From: Candidatus Krumholzibacteriota bacterium
Lineage (GTDB): Bacteria; Krumholzibacteriota; Krumholzibacteriia; JAJRXK01
Assembly: GCA_963727455.1 (NCBI GenBank)
Contig: CAVSGG010000008.1
Coordinates: forward strand, 160,001-224,000
Direction: 5' to 3'
DNA: 64,000 nucleotides
This document shows, piece after piece, positions 28,736 through 38,294 of the stretch (position 1 is the first letter of the stretch; every line of letters starts with the position of its first letter). The translations under genes were made by a program, and so were the position numbers. Below the pieces are notes generated by a model that worked only from the letters and a program-made list of their open reading frames with translations, searched no databases and was not told where the DNA came from.

Positions 28736-29811
28736 CGCAACAACCATGCCTCGGCTTCTTCGGGCCTCAGAGGCGCCACCTCGAGTGTACGCACGTTTTG
28801 TCCCTCGGTCAGCCGGATGCGGACCCGTGGCTCCGCGTGACCATCGCAGTAGCGGGCGGTGATTCGGGCGGCGCGCGTGAGCACTTCCTCGTCGATCTCG
28901 CCGTCCACCAGAGTCAGAGGGCCCACGTGGTCCACCGCCTCCAGGGAGGGGCGAGTGAGACCGAAATTGCGCAGGAAGGCGTTCTCCTCCTCGAAGCGGC
29001 CCACGATGACCTTGGCGTTCTCGCTGATCCGAAAATGTCGTCCCAGCTTGCACAGAAGCAGGTCTTCGTGCGAGGCCTGCGCCTTCATTCCGTGATCGAA
29101 GAGGTCGAATACCCTGCGGGCGTAGTTGGGATCGGTGAGATAACAGCAACCCCCGGCCGGTTGCGGATACTCCGTCAGCTCGAACTCTTTCGCCAGGCGT
29201 TCCTGGGGCCTGCGGCTGCGACCGTGGAAGGCCAGGAGCCGCTCGCGATCCACGAGTCCTTCCCGTTCCACGACGGTGGGAGGAAGAAGCTTCGCGGAGA
29301 GCGGTCGCAACAAGCGCCCTTCCAAACCGCTCTCGCGTTCGATCAGAGCGAGCGTGCGTCGATGTTGGCTCTTGGGCCGTTGCCCGAGGACTTCCCCCGT
29401 GAACACGAAGGACGCGCCGATCTCTTGCATGAACTCACGCGCCTTGCTCATCATCATGATCCTACAATCGACACAGGGGTTGACGTTTTTCCCATAGCCG
29501 TAGCGCGGGTACTTCAGGACATCCAGATACTCTTGGGAGATGTCGATGATCTTGACCGGGATATCGGTTTCCGCGCCCAGACGGAGCGCCTGGTTCCGCA
29601 GTTTTTTGGGATCTTGCCCCTTACGGGCAACCCGGCGTTGATAGTCGGTTAGACAGAATCCCGTGGAGAAATTCACCGCCACAACCTCTATCCCCTGCTG
29701 CAGAATCAGGCGGACTGCCAGGCTGCTGTCGAGACCACCGGAGATCATCGCGACGGCTTTGGCTGAAGTCCGATCCTGGGGCCCGGCAAGCGGTTCGGCT
29801 GGCTGAATCAA
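28732..29811 (-). CDS. ThiI/MnmA-like PP-loop putative tRNA thiolase, no THUMP domain
   Basis: SGGLDS PP-loop, NPCVDC, TGEVLGQRPKSQ, PAGGCCYLTD; TTG start with GAGGAG SD. Confidence 0.85.
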   Translation of the reverse strand: MIQPAEPLAGPQDRTSAKAVAMISGGLDSSLAVRLILQQGIEVVAVNFSTGFCLTDYQRRVARKGQDPKKLRNQALRLGAETDIPVKIIDISQEYLDVLKYPRYGYGKNVNPCVDCRIMMMSKAREFMQEIGASFVFTGEVLGQRPKSQHRRTLALIERESGLEGRLLRPLSAKLLPPTVVEREGLVDRERLLAFHGRSRRPQERLAKEFELTEYPQPAGGCCYLTDPNYARRVFDLFDHGMKAQASHEDLLLCKLGRHFRISENAKVIVGRFEEENAFLRNFGLTRPSLEAVDHVGPLTLVDGEIDEEVLTRAARITARYCDGHAEPRVRIRLTEGQNVRTLEVAPLRPEEAEAWLLR

Positions 29812-29935
29812 GGCTTTTCTCCTCTTGCAATTGCCTTGCGAAGCTACCATTAAGGCGGCGAAGCACGCATCTCTTGGTGATGATAGGGCGAATGGGGACT
29901 CGACGCCTCTGTCCAAGCAGTTTAGTTTGGACTCC

Positions 29936-30514
29936 ATGAATTCTCAAACTCGCACGCTCGCAGAGCACACTCCCGCCGGCCGCCGGCTCAACTCCAACGA
30001 ACTCAAAGCTCTGCACCCTTCCGCCCCGGAACTCCTCGAACTGCCGCGAAGGCCAGTCCTGGGAGTGCTGGAGAACATCCGCAGTTTGGGCAATGTCGGG
30101 AGTATTTTTCGCAGCGCCGATGCGGTCCGCTTCGAGCAACTCTACCTCTGCGGGTACACCGGCCATCCCCCCCGGCCCGAGATCGAAAAGACGGCCCTCG
30201 GAGCGACCCAGAGCGTGCCCTGGAGTTATTGGAGCAAGAGCGCCGAGGCGCTGCTCTGGTTGAAGGACTCCGGCTATCAGCTTCTCGCCTTGGAGATCAC
30301 CACGAAGAGCACTCCGCTCGACGAGATCGATCTGAGATCGCCTGTCGCCATCGTCATGGGGAATGAAGTGACCGGCATCGACCCCGAGACACTCGCGCTC
30401 TGCGAGCACGCCGTGGAGCTGCCCATGCAGGGGCTCAAGGAGAGTCTCAACGTTGCGGTGGCCTTCGGAGTGATCGCCTACCAGTTGGCAGCGCGGGTGC
30501 CCCTCCCGGCCTAG
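29936..30514 (+). CDS. TrmH/SpoU family RNA methyltransferase
   Basis: LENIRSLGNVGSIFRSAD, GNEVTG, SLNVAVA. Confidence 0.93.
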   Translation: MNSQTRTLAEHTPAGRRLNSNELKALHPSAPELLELPRRPVLGVLENIRSLGNVGSIFRSADAVRFEQLYLCGYTGHPPRPEIEKTALGATQSVPWSYWSKSAEALLWLKDSGYQLLALEITTKSTPLDEIDLRSPVAIVMGNEVTGIDPETLALCEHAVELPMQGLKESLNVAVAFGVIAYQLAARVPLPA

Positions 30515-31587
30515 ATGTTCACGCGCCGGCGGCGAGAGATTTCCTGCGCGTAGGGAATGCCCAGGGCTCTGAGCTGGGTAAAGACTTCCTCGAGAAGTTT
30601 GATCTTCGTCCCCAGAGGCAAGAAGGCGCTCTTGAAGCCGGCGACCACCAGGTCGACGATTTCCTCCAGACCAAAACCGAAGACCCTGGCCACCGTCCTC
30701 AGCTCGTTGGTCGAGTCCGTATTGCTGATGAGGCGATTGTCCGTGTTGATGGTTACCCGGAGCCCCTCCTCCATGAAGCGCGGCAAGGGATGGTCCTCGA
30801 AGGATCCCACGGCCTTGGTCTGGACGTTCGAGGTCGGGCAGATTTCCAGCGGAATACGGTGGTCGTTGACGTACTGCAGCAGGTCGGGATCTTCCAGAAG
30901 CCTGGTACCATGCCCGATTCTATGCGCACCACAGTAGTGCAGGGCCTGCGCGATGCTGGCCGGACCGAAGGCCTCCCCCGCGTGAATGGTGATGTTCACG
31001 TTGGCGTTGAGCACCTTGTAGAATGCTTCGCGATGATGCTTGGCGGGATAGTCCCTCTCCGCTCCTGCCAGATCGAAGCCCACCACGCCGCGGTCCTTCC
31101 ACGCCACAGCATGCTCGGCCAATTCCAGAGAATCCTCGGGAGTGAGATGGCGAATGCCGCAGAGAATTTGTCCGGTGCGGATTCCGTATCGATCTTCCGC
31201 ATGCTGCAGCCCCTTTGCCACAGCCGCAATCACTTCATCCATGCTCATCCCGCGCGTGCGATGCAAGAGAGGAGAGTAACGAATCTCCGCATACAGCACA
31301 TTCTCGCGGTGCGCATCCTCGGCAAGCTCGAAAGCGCTGCGCGCGAGCGCTTCGGCGTCTTGCAGCAAGGGAAGAGTGATATCGAAAACCCTGAGATACT
31401 CGACGAGACTCTCGCAATCCAATCCGACTTCGAGAATGGAGCGCAGCTCCTCGGGCTTCTTGCTCGGTAGCTTGATTCCCCGTTCCTTGGCCAAGTCCAG
31501 AACCGTTTCCACTCTGAGACTTCCGTCCAAGTGCAAATGCAGGTCCGTCTTGGGAAGACGGTGCAGAATGTCCTCACTCAATTTCAC
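30511..31587 (-). CDS. add: Adenosine deaminase (start at GTG, VKLSED)
   Basis: LPKTDLHLHLDGS, GFDLAG, HAGE, RIGHG, CPTSN, NTDN; SD GGAGG. Confidence 0.95.
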   Translation of the reverse strand: MKLSEDILHRLPKTDLHLHLDGSLRVETVLDLAKERGIKLPSKKPEELRSILEVGLDCESLVEYLRVFDITLPLLQDAEALARSAFELAEDAHRENVLYAEIRYSPLLHRTRGMSMDEVIAAVAKGLQHAEDRYGIRTGQILCGIRHLTPEDSLELAEHAVAWKDRGVVGFDLAGAERDYPAKHHREAFYKVLNANVNITIHAGEAFGPASIAQALHYCGAHRIGHGTRLLEDPDLLQYVNDHRIPLEICPTSNVQTKAVGSFEDHPLPRFMEEGLRVTINTDNRLISNTDSTNELRTVARVFGFGLEEIVDLVVAGFKSAFLPLGTKIKLLEEVFTQLRALGIPYAQEISRRRRVNI

Positions 31588-31711
31588 GCTCTCACCTCCC
31601 GGCTCACTCGCGCGGAATTCTAACGAACCTAGCACCACGAACTCGCCAGCGCTATGAAAGGAAGCAGGCGGCGTGAGCGCGGCGTTTGTCATTTGGGGTG
31701 CGAGGAAAAGT

Positions 31712-31855
31712 GCCGATGCGGTGGGTTGACCTCCCTCCACGCCACAGAGCGACTCAAACCCGTGAACGCGAAGCTGTCCCACCCAACGCGGGGCTATACG
31801 AGGCCAGTCGCCAACCCCGCTCCGCATCGGCCTTGGACCCGCGATCGCGGGTCAT
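31712..31855 (-). ncRNA. Putative structured non-coding RNA, family unknown
   Basis: Nested stems GCCGATGCGG/CCGCATCGGC, GGGTTG/CAACCC, GCGACT/AGTCGC; followed by ACTTTT on the minus strand; promoter immediately upstream. Confidence 0.45.
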
Positions 31856-31860
31856 GCTGT

Positions 31861-31890
31861 AGTATATCGTATGCTATGGCCGATCTCCAA
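31861..31890 (-). promoter_or_regulatory. Putative sigma70 promoter pointing into the structured element and add
   Basis: Minus strand TTGGAG-18 nt-TATACT. Confidence 0.5.
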
Positions 31891-31896
31891 ATGCCC

Positions 31897-33156
31897 TCAG
31901 CTCGAAAGGAGTCCGGCCAGGTACACCGCCAAGTGGACGACCTCGCGTCGATCCCGCCTCTCCCGCAGTCCGGACTCGAGAAAAAGCTCGCAACCAGGGT
32001 TGGCGGTGAGGATGAGTTCCGCCCCCGTCTCCTGAAGAGAATCCAGCTTTTGCTCGCGGACCCTCTCTGCCATTTCCGGCTGCAGGAGGCTGAAGGCTCC
32101 GGCGCTCCCGCAGCAGCTCTGCGCATCGAGAGCCTGGAGGACCGTGAGCTCGGGCACGCATTGGAGGACCCGGAGAGGCTCGTCCACGATGCCTTGGGCA
32201 TGGGTGTGATGACAGGGGGGATGGTAAGCGATTCGCCGTGAATCGGCGCGGAAACGCAGCAAATCGCGGTTTGCATCGAGCCAAACCACCAGGTCGACGG
32301 TGGCGTTTGCGACCTTCCTCGCCTTCTCCGCGTAGGCCGGCTCGTCGGCGAAGATACGTCCGTACTGGCGCATGTGAGCCGAGCAGCCCGCGCTCGGCAC
32401 TACGATCGTCTCTTGCTCACAGAGAGCGTCGATGAGACTTCGAGCCAAGGCCTTGCCCCGCTCCACCGAACCCGCGTGATGGCTCAGAGCGCCACAACAA
32501 GTTTGTCCGCGGGGAAGGCAGGCCTCGAAGCCTGCAGCCTTGACCAGAGCCGCCGTGGACGGCAGAACCTCCGGGCCGAAGACCTGCTGGGCACAGCCGG
32601 CCAAGAGAGCAACCTCACCCCGCTCCGGCAGCTCCACTCGCGGCGGACGGGAGGGCGCGCGGGCTGGAAGACTGGCCAGAAGCTTTCCCAGTGGAGGAAC
32701 TGCTCTCCCCAAAAGCGGCACTTTACGGAGGAGACGAGCGCAGGTGGCGGCAGGGCCGAGAACGGCTGGTTTGCTCATCACACGATCGACCAGCTGAATC
32801 GAGAGTCGAGCGTGTGCGGTGGGGCTCGGTCCCAGAGTCTCCCGCGTATTCTCCAGCAGCTCACCGTAGAGAACACCGGAGGGACAGACCGTTTCGCAGT
32901 TGCGGCATCCGAGACAACGATCCAATCCCTCTCGAGCCGGCTCGCTTTCCTCAAACGGGCTTTCGCCGTGAGCTCTGGAATAGACCTCATTCGCAGCACT
33001 CAGTTCTGCCATGACCATGAGGCGTCCGCGTGGGGAGTCAAGCTCGTCACCGCTGACGAGGTAGGTCGGGCAGGACCCCAAGCACAGTCCGCAGTGAATG
33101 CAGCTGCGAAGAAGCTCGTCGAGTCTCAGAGTATCGTTGGCCAGCGGCTGACTCAC
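31897..33156 (-). CDS. glcF: Glycolate oxidase iron-sulfur subunit GlcF-like
   Basis: CIHCGLCLGSCP, CLGCRNCETVCPSGV, CCG domains (TCCGA, CCGSAG, TANPGC). Confidence 0.88.
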   Translation of the reverse strand: MSQPLANDTLRLDELLRSCIHCGLCLGSCPTYLVSGDELDSPRGRLMVMAELSAANEVYSRAHGESPFEESEPAREGLDRCLGCRNCETVCPSGVLYGELLENTRETLGPSPTAHARLSIQLVDRVMSKPAVLGPAATCARLLRKVPLLGRAVPPLGKLLASLPARAPSRPPRVELPERGEVALLAGCAQQVFGPEVLPSTAALVKAAGFEACLPRGQTCCGALSHHAGSVERGKALARSLIDALCEQETIVVPSAGCSAHMRQYGRIFADEPAYAEKARKVANATVDLVVWLDANRDLLRFRADSRRIAYHPPCHHTHAQGIVDEPLRVLQCVPELTVLQALDAQSCCGSAGAFSLLQPEMAERVREQKLDSLQETGAELILTANPGCELFLESGLRERRDRREVVHLAVYLAGLLSS

Positions 33157-34364
33157 TTGCCACCCCCCAGCTCGACCGGCGCTTGCGGCAAGAGGCTCTC
33201 GGGATCGAAGGCATCCTTCAGCCGCTTTTCGATCCCCGCCCGCGCGGGCGGAGTTTTGGCCGGACCCACGATTCGCTTCTTGCCGAGCGAATGCAATACG
33301 GCGCCACCCACTACACTCTCGCGCGCGAGTTCGGTCACCGCTCCCAGCAAACGGAAGTCGTCTCCGGTCAAAAAGAGCTCGGCCCGTCCGCTGGCGAAGT
33401 CGAGAACGAGCGCGACGTTGAGTCCTCGCTGGCGCCAGCGAGCCGCAAAGTCCGGCCAGCCGTTTTCGATCAAACCCAAGGGTGAGAGAACCGCGCCCCG
33501 CCACTGCTCATCGTTTTGGAACGAAGCCATGCACGCATCGAGCTCCACTTCGAACGCAGATTCTCCGACGCTCGCGCTCCAACCGCGGACGCTCTCCGCG
33601 CCTCCTTCGGCGGCCAAAACGAGCGCACCGTTTGCGGGAAGTCCGCTGGGGTGTCCCACGCCCACGTCGATCCAGAGTTGCACTACCGGTTCGAGAACGG
33701 CGCGCGGAAGTCGCAACTCCGTGAGTTTTCGCTTCGCCGCTTCGAAATCGGCGACAAGGCCGAAAGTGGCGCTGCATTCGGGGAGGGGAGAAAGTTTGAC
33801 GGTCAGATCGGTGATCAAGCCGAAAGCACCGCGAGCGCCGAAATGCAAACGAACTAGGTCGTATCCCGCGACATTTTTCACCACGCGTCCGCCACCTTTG
33901 AGCACGCGCCCGGTCCCGTCCACCGCGCTGAGGCCCAAGCTCGATTCTCTCAGACCCTGGTTGGGGCCGCTGCGCCAGCCGCGACTGCCTGAGCCAAACA
34001 GTGCGCCCAGACTCGTTTCCTCGGGCTTGTTGGCAGTCGCCGGAAAACGCATCGACTCCTCTGCCAAACGAACTTGAAGAGATGCAAGGGAGCTTCCCGC
34101 CGCCACGCGAGCCACGAAATCCTCGCGGTACAAATCGATGAGGCCGCTGAAACGTTCGGTGGAGAGCCCCACCCAACCCATCTCCGCCGCCCCAAAACCG
34201 ACTGGTTGCCAGGGGACCTTCTCCTCATAGAGCATACGCGCCGCGAGACGAAATCCTTCCAGTCCACTGGGGCTGATTCTGGAACTGGTCAGCTCGACCG
34301 CTTCTTCACCGAGCGCGGCCTGCAATTGCAGCGCGAACTTCTCCCGCAGCACCCGAACGTTCAC
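33153..34364 (-). CDS. glcE: Glycolate oxidase FAD-binding subunit GlcE-like
   Basis: GGRVVKNVAGYDL, LKDAFDP; between glcD and glcF. Confidence 0.85.
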   Translation of the reverse strand: MNVRVLREKFALQLQAALGEEAVELTSSRISPSGLEGFRLAARMLYEEKVPWQPVGFGAAEMGWVGLSTERFSGLIDLYREDFVARVAAGSSLASLQVRLAEESMRFPATANKPEETSLGALFGSGSRGWRSGPNQGLRESSLGLSAVDGTGRVLKGGGRVVKNVAGYDLVRLHFGARGAFGLITDLTVKLSPLPECSATFGLVADFEAAKRKLTELRLPRAVLEPVVQLWIDVGVGHPSGLPANGALVLAAEGGAESVRGWSASVGESAFEVELDACMASFQNDEQWRGAVLSPLGLIENGWPDFAARWRQRGLNVALVLDFASGRAELFLTGDDFRLLGAVTELARESVVGGAVLHSLGKKRIVGPAKTPPARAGIEKRLKDAFDPESLLPQAPVELGGGK

Positions 34365-35791
34365 AAGGCCACCTGCCTGCCGGCAACGCGCAGCTCTGCG
34401 CACTCGCCTCCTGTGGGAAGCACCTTGAGAGGATTGCACAGTCCGGTGGAATCGAGCGCCTCACGAATCTGCCACTGTGCGTCCATCTCGTCCGCGGAAA
34501 AGATGAGAGGCAGAAACTCTCTCTTCTCCATTCCCACGCCATGCTCTCCGGTGGGACTGCCACCCATGTCGATACAGGCCTGCAGGATTTCTCCTCCCAC
34601 CCTCAAGGCACGCTCCACCGAATCGGCGTCGCGTCGATCGTAGAGAATGGCGGGATGGATGTTGCCGTCACCTGCATGGAGCACCACTCCCACCGTGAGG
34701 CCGTAACGTCGGGCCGCGTCGGCGATGAAATCGCAAATCGCGGGGACCATGGCGCGCGGCACTACTCCGTCCTGGGTGGCGTAATCAGGTGAGATCCTTC
34801 CCACTGCACCGAAGGCGTGCTTGCGCGCCTTCCACAGGAGGGCGCGCTCGCGTTCGTTCTTGGCAACTTCCAGCTGACGGCATCCGTACTGGCGGCAGAC
34901 TTCTTCCACCACCCTCTCCTGGGCCGGGAGATCTTCGGCCGCGCCGTCGAGCTCGATCAAGAGCACCGCGCCAGCATCCTGGGGAAAGCCCAGCTGAAAT
35001 GCCCGTTCGACCGCGCGAATCATCACCGCGTCGATGAGCTCCATCGCTGCAGGAATGACACCGCGTGCGATCACTCGGCTCACGCTGTGCGCAGCTGCGG
35101 TGACGGTGGGAAAGACCGCGAGCAGAGTCCGAACCGCCTTAGGCAAGGGAGTGAGCCGCAGAGTGAGTTCCACCGCGAGACCTGCCGTTCCCTCCGAGCC
35201 CACCAGCAGTCCCAGAAGATCTACACCGGGTCCGGGATCGTGCCGTCCTCCCAGCTTCAACAGCTCTCCTTCGGGAGTGACCACCGTGGCGCCCAGTATG
35301 TGGGGAAGCGTGACCCCGTATTTCAGACAGTGCGGGCCGCCACTGTTGCCGGCGAAGTTTCCCCCCAGAGTGCACGCCGCTTGCGAAGAGGGATCGGGCG
35401 CGAAGGTGAGCCCGTGCGCCGCGGCCGCGTTCCCCAAATCGAGGTTCACCACTCCCGGCTCAACTCGCGCTACCCGGAGAAAGGGATCAATTTCCAGGAT
35501 GCGGCGCATACGAGCCAAGCCGATCTGCAGACCGCCCCTCAGCGTCAGACACCCCCCTGAGAGCCCCGTTCCCGCACCACGCGGAGCGTAGGGAATTTGG
35601 TGCCTATTGCACCAGCGAACGACTTCTAGCACCTGATCTTGTTCGCGAGGCAGCACGATCGCATCGGGAGTGAAGCGATCGAGAGTATAGGCGTCTCCGT
35701 CGTAGATCCGGCGGTGGGTCGGGTCGTCCAAAACGCCATCCTCACCCAGGATGGCGACGAGCTGGCGCCGCTGCTCGCGCGTGAGTGCCAA
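34361..35791 (-). CDS. glcD: Glycolate oxidase subunit GlcD-like FAD-linked oxidase
   Basis: RGAGTGLSGG, APDPSSQ, GGPHCLKYG, GSEGT, HAGDGNIH, GEHGVGMEK. Confidence 0.92.
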   Translation of the reverse strand: MALTREQRRQLVAILGEDGVLDDPTHRRIYDGDAYTLDRFTPDAIVLPREQDQVLEVVRWCNRHQIPYAPRGAGTGLSGGCLTLRGGLQIGLARMRRILEIDPFLRVARVEPGVVNLDLGNAAAAHGLTFAPDPSSQAACTLGGNFAGNSGGPHCLKYGVTLPHILGATVVTPEGELLKLGGRHDPGPGVDLLGLLVGSEGTAGLAVELTLRLTPLPKAVRTLLAVFPTVTAAAHSVSRVIARGVIPAAMELIDAVMIRAVERAFQLGFPQDAGAVLLIELDGAAEDLPAQERVVEEVCRQYGCRQLEVAKNERERALLWKARKHAFGAVGRISPDYATQDGVVPRAMVPAICDFIADAARRYGLTVGVVLHAGDGNIHPAILYDRRDADSVERALRVGGEILQACIDMGGSPTGEHGVGMEKREFLPLIFSADEMDAQWQIREALDSTGLCNPLKVLPTGGECAELRVAGRQVAL

Positions 35792-35795
35792 GGGA

Positions 35796-37454
35796 CTAGA
35801 CCTCCTCCACCCTGCTCACGGAACTACGCAGGCGCAGGATGGCCTCGAGGACGAGCCACAGTGCGAGCGAAAGCAACAAGAGGCCGACGATGAGCAGCGG
35901 CCAGTTGTGAGCCCGATAGAAGTCGCGCGCTTTGAGAATCATCGCGTAGAGCGTGACGCCGAGGAGGAAGATCATGGGAAGCAGAGTCACCCAGAAGTTT
36001 CGGCCGCGTTGCTGCAGGTACAGAGTGACCGCCAAAAGAGTGAGTCCCCCCAGAACCTGGTTGGTGGTGCCGAAGAGTTGCCAAAGCGCCAGACCGGCCG
36101 CTCTCCCGCCGATCTGGTAGAAGGCAAAAAATGCGATGGCCCCGCAGGCCAAAGCTCCGGCAAGATAGCGATTCCGCAGGGGCTTGAAGTGAATCGTCTC
36201 GCCCACCTCGCTCAAATTGAAGCGCAAGAGGCGTGTGGCCGAGTCGAGGCTGGTGAGCGCGAAGCTCACCACCACGAGCGCGATGAAGGCGGCGCCGATA
36301 TCGTGGGGCACTCCCAGCGAGGACAGGAAGTTAGCCGTGCCGTTGATGAATGCATCGATGCGGTCGCCCAGGTCCATTGCGGAGTGCCAGTTTGCATAGT
36401 GTGTGCTCCAGGACAATCGGTTGCTGAATCCCGCAGTGCAGGCGAGCACCGCCAGGAGACCCAGCAGCGATTCGCCGATCATTGCGCCATAGCCGATGGG
36501 ACGGGCGTCGGTCTCCCGGTTGATTTGCTTGGCCGTGGTCCCGCTGCTCACCAGTCCGTGGAAGCCACTCACCGCCCCACACGCGATCACGATGAACACG
36601 AAGGGAAATATGGGAGGCGCTCCCTGGGGTGCAGCCACCACCGCCGGAGCTTGAAAGGATGGACGCAGCGCGAAAAATCCGAGATAGGCCAGGATCAGGC
36701 CTAGATAGAGCAGCATCGAATTCACGTAGTCTCGTGGTTGCAGAAGGAGCCAGACGGGCAGGACCGAAGCCAAGAACGCATAGCCCAAGAGCAGCCATTT
36801 CCAGGTGTCCAGCGGAAGATCGGGAGAGGGGATCTTCAAGCCGGCCCAGATGAGCAGGATGGTGGCAAGGAATGCGACCGCGCTGAGGCGGCCCAAGGGA
36901 GCGTTCGCCTTGTAGGCCGCCAAACCCACCAGGACAGCGACGAGCATGAGCCCAAAGGTGGGAATGACCGCTTCCGGATGGAAGATGGAGGTGAAGAGCA
37001 GGGCCACCACGTGCACGAATACGCCCATGCCCAGCGCGATGAGAAAGAAGATGATGGCATGGAAGAGCGACTTCGCTCGCGGGCCGATGATGTCTTCTGC
37101 TACCTTGCCGATGCTCATGCCCTTCGCGCGCATGCTCACCACCAGAGCGCTGAAGTCGTGCACCGCGCCGATGAGAAGCGTACCCAATACCACCCAGAGC
37201 AGTGCGGGCAACCAGCCCCAGATCACCGCGATGGCGGGCCCCAGCATCGGGCTCAAGCCGGCGATCGAAGCATAGTGATGACCGAAGAGGATTTCCCGCC
37301 GGGTGGGCACGTAGTCCATGCCATCCGTCAGGGCATGGGCGGGAGTGACTCTGTCCGGGTCGAGACGAAAAACGCGTCGAGCGAGATAAGCGGAGTACAC
37401 GCGATAGCCGATGAAATAGCCTAGCATGCACAAGATTCCAACCAGGACCGGCAA
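35796..37454 (-). CDS. cstA: Carbon starvation protein A family transporter
   Basis: LFGHHYASIAG, GAVHDF, LLQPRDY, IACGAVSGFH, SLDSATRL, LFGTTNQ; TTG start inferred. Confidence 0.93.
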   Translation of the reverse strand: MPVLVGILCMLGYFIGYRVYSAYLARRVFRLDPDRVTPAHALTDGMDYVPTRREILFGHHYASIAGLSPMLGPAIAVIWGWLPALLWVVLGTLLIGAVHDFSALVVSMRAKGMSIGKVAEDIIGPRAKSLFHAIIFFLIALGMGVFVHVVALLFTSIFHPEAVIPTFGLMLVAVLVGLAAYKANAPLGRLSAVAFLATILLIWAGLKIPSPDLPLDTWKWLLLGYAFLASVLPVWLLLQPRDYVNSMLLYLGLILAYLGFFALRPSFQAPAVVAAPQGAPPIFPFVFIVIACGAVSGFHGLVSSGTTAKQINRETDARPIGYGAMIGESLLGLLAVLACTAGFSNRLSWSTHYANWHSAMDLGDRIDAFINGTANFLSSLGVPHDIGAAFIALVVVSFALTSLDSATRLLRFNLSEVGETIHFKPLRNRYLAGALACGAIAFFAFYQIGGRAAGLALWQLFGTTNQVLGGLTLLAVTLYLQQRGRNFWVTLLPMIFLLGVTLYAMILKARDFYRAHNWPLLIVGLLLLSLALWLVLEAILRLRSSVSRVEEV

Positions 37455-37631
37455 GACGAACCATCCTTCGGGGGGATCGTTCTGCAGGCTAGTCCCATTC
37501 GCCTGGCCTTGGCAAGCAGGCAGAGATCGTTGCCGGGCATTCGCCCGTTTTGGTTCTCGGAGAGCGCCCTGTGCTGGGGTATTCTGGCGAAGCCGGGAAT
37601 ACGGCACCGGCCCAGCGAGTAGAGAGAGAGA

Positions 37632-38294
37632 ATGGCAAGAACACCCGAGAGCCCCCCTTCGAAAGCGCGGCCCGCCCGCGATTCGAACGAGAGCGAAACG
37701 CAGCGGCTCGACCGCGAGGCACTGCGTGCGATTCGCCTCGGGGACTCGTCGGCCTTTGCCTCGCTGGTGAGGCGGCACGGTCCGCCGCTGCATGCTCTGC
37801 TTTCCCGCATGCTTCGCGACGAGCAAGCGGCCCAGGATGCGGTCCAGGAGAGCTTCATCAAGGCCTGGAAAGCGCTGGCGAAGTTCGATTCTTCTCGCGC
37901 GTTTTTCCCTTGGCTGAGGACCATCGGAGTGAACACGGCCCTGGACGAAATCGAACGCAAACGGCGTCAGCCGGTAGCGGAAAACTCCGAGGAGATTCTC
38001 ACCCGGATGCCGGCGCACCAGGACAGCGAGGAGGGGCTACACCGCCGCGAGCTGATGGAGCTGGTGGAGGAAGAATTGTCCAAGATGCCTTGCGAATTCG
38101 AAGCAGTGTTCCGCTTGCGCGTACAGGAAGATCTCAGTTACGCCGAGATCGCGCAGACCCTCCGGATCCCCCTGGGAACGGTAATGTCTCGCCTCGCACG
38201 CGCGCGCCTGCAACTGGCGCAGGCACTGCGGTCCCGTCTGGCGCCGGACGTGCTACATGCTCTACAGGAGGGCGACGATGACGGACAGGTCTGA
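37632..38294 (+). CDS. ECF RNA polymerase sigma factor
   Basis: DAVQESFIKAW, FFPWLRTI, LSYAEIA...GTVMSRLARAR. Confidence 0.94.
   Translation: MARTPESPPSKARPARDSNESETQRLDREALRAIRLGDSSAFASLVRRHGPPLHALLSRMLRDEQAAQDAVQESFIKAWKALAKFDSSRAFFPWLRTIGVNTALDEIERKRRQPVAENSEEILTRMPAHQDSEEGLHRRELMELVEEELSKMPCEFEAVFRLRVQEDLSYAEIAQTLRIPLGTVMSRLARARLQLAQALRSRLAPDVLHALQEGDDDGQV

Noticed and set aside
31640-31672. GAAAGGAAGCAG resembling SRP RNA helix 8
   Set aside because: The upstream half (CAGGnCC) and the flanking helix are missing.
31712-31831. Purine riboswitch upstream of add
   Set aside because: Only CUCGUAUA resembles the consensus; the AUGG loop, UUUCUACC and CCGUAAA elements are absent.
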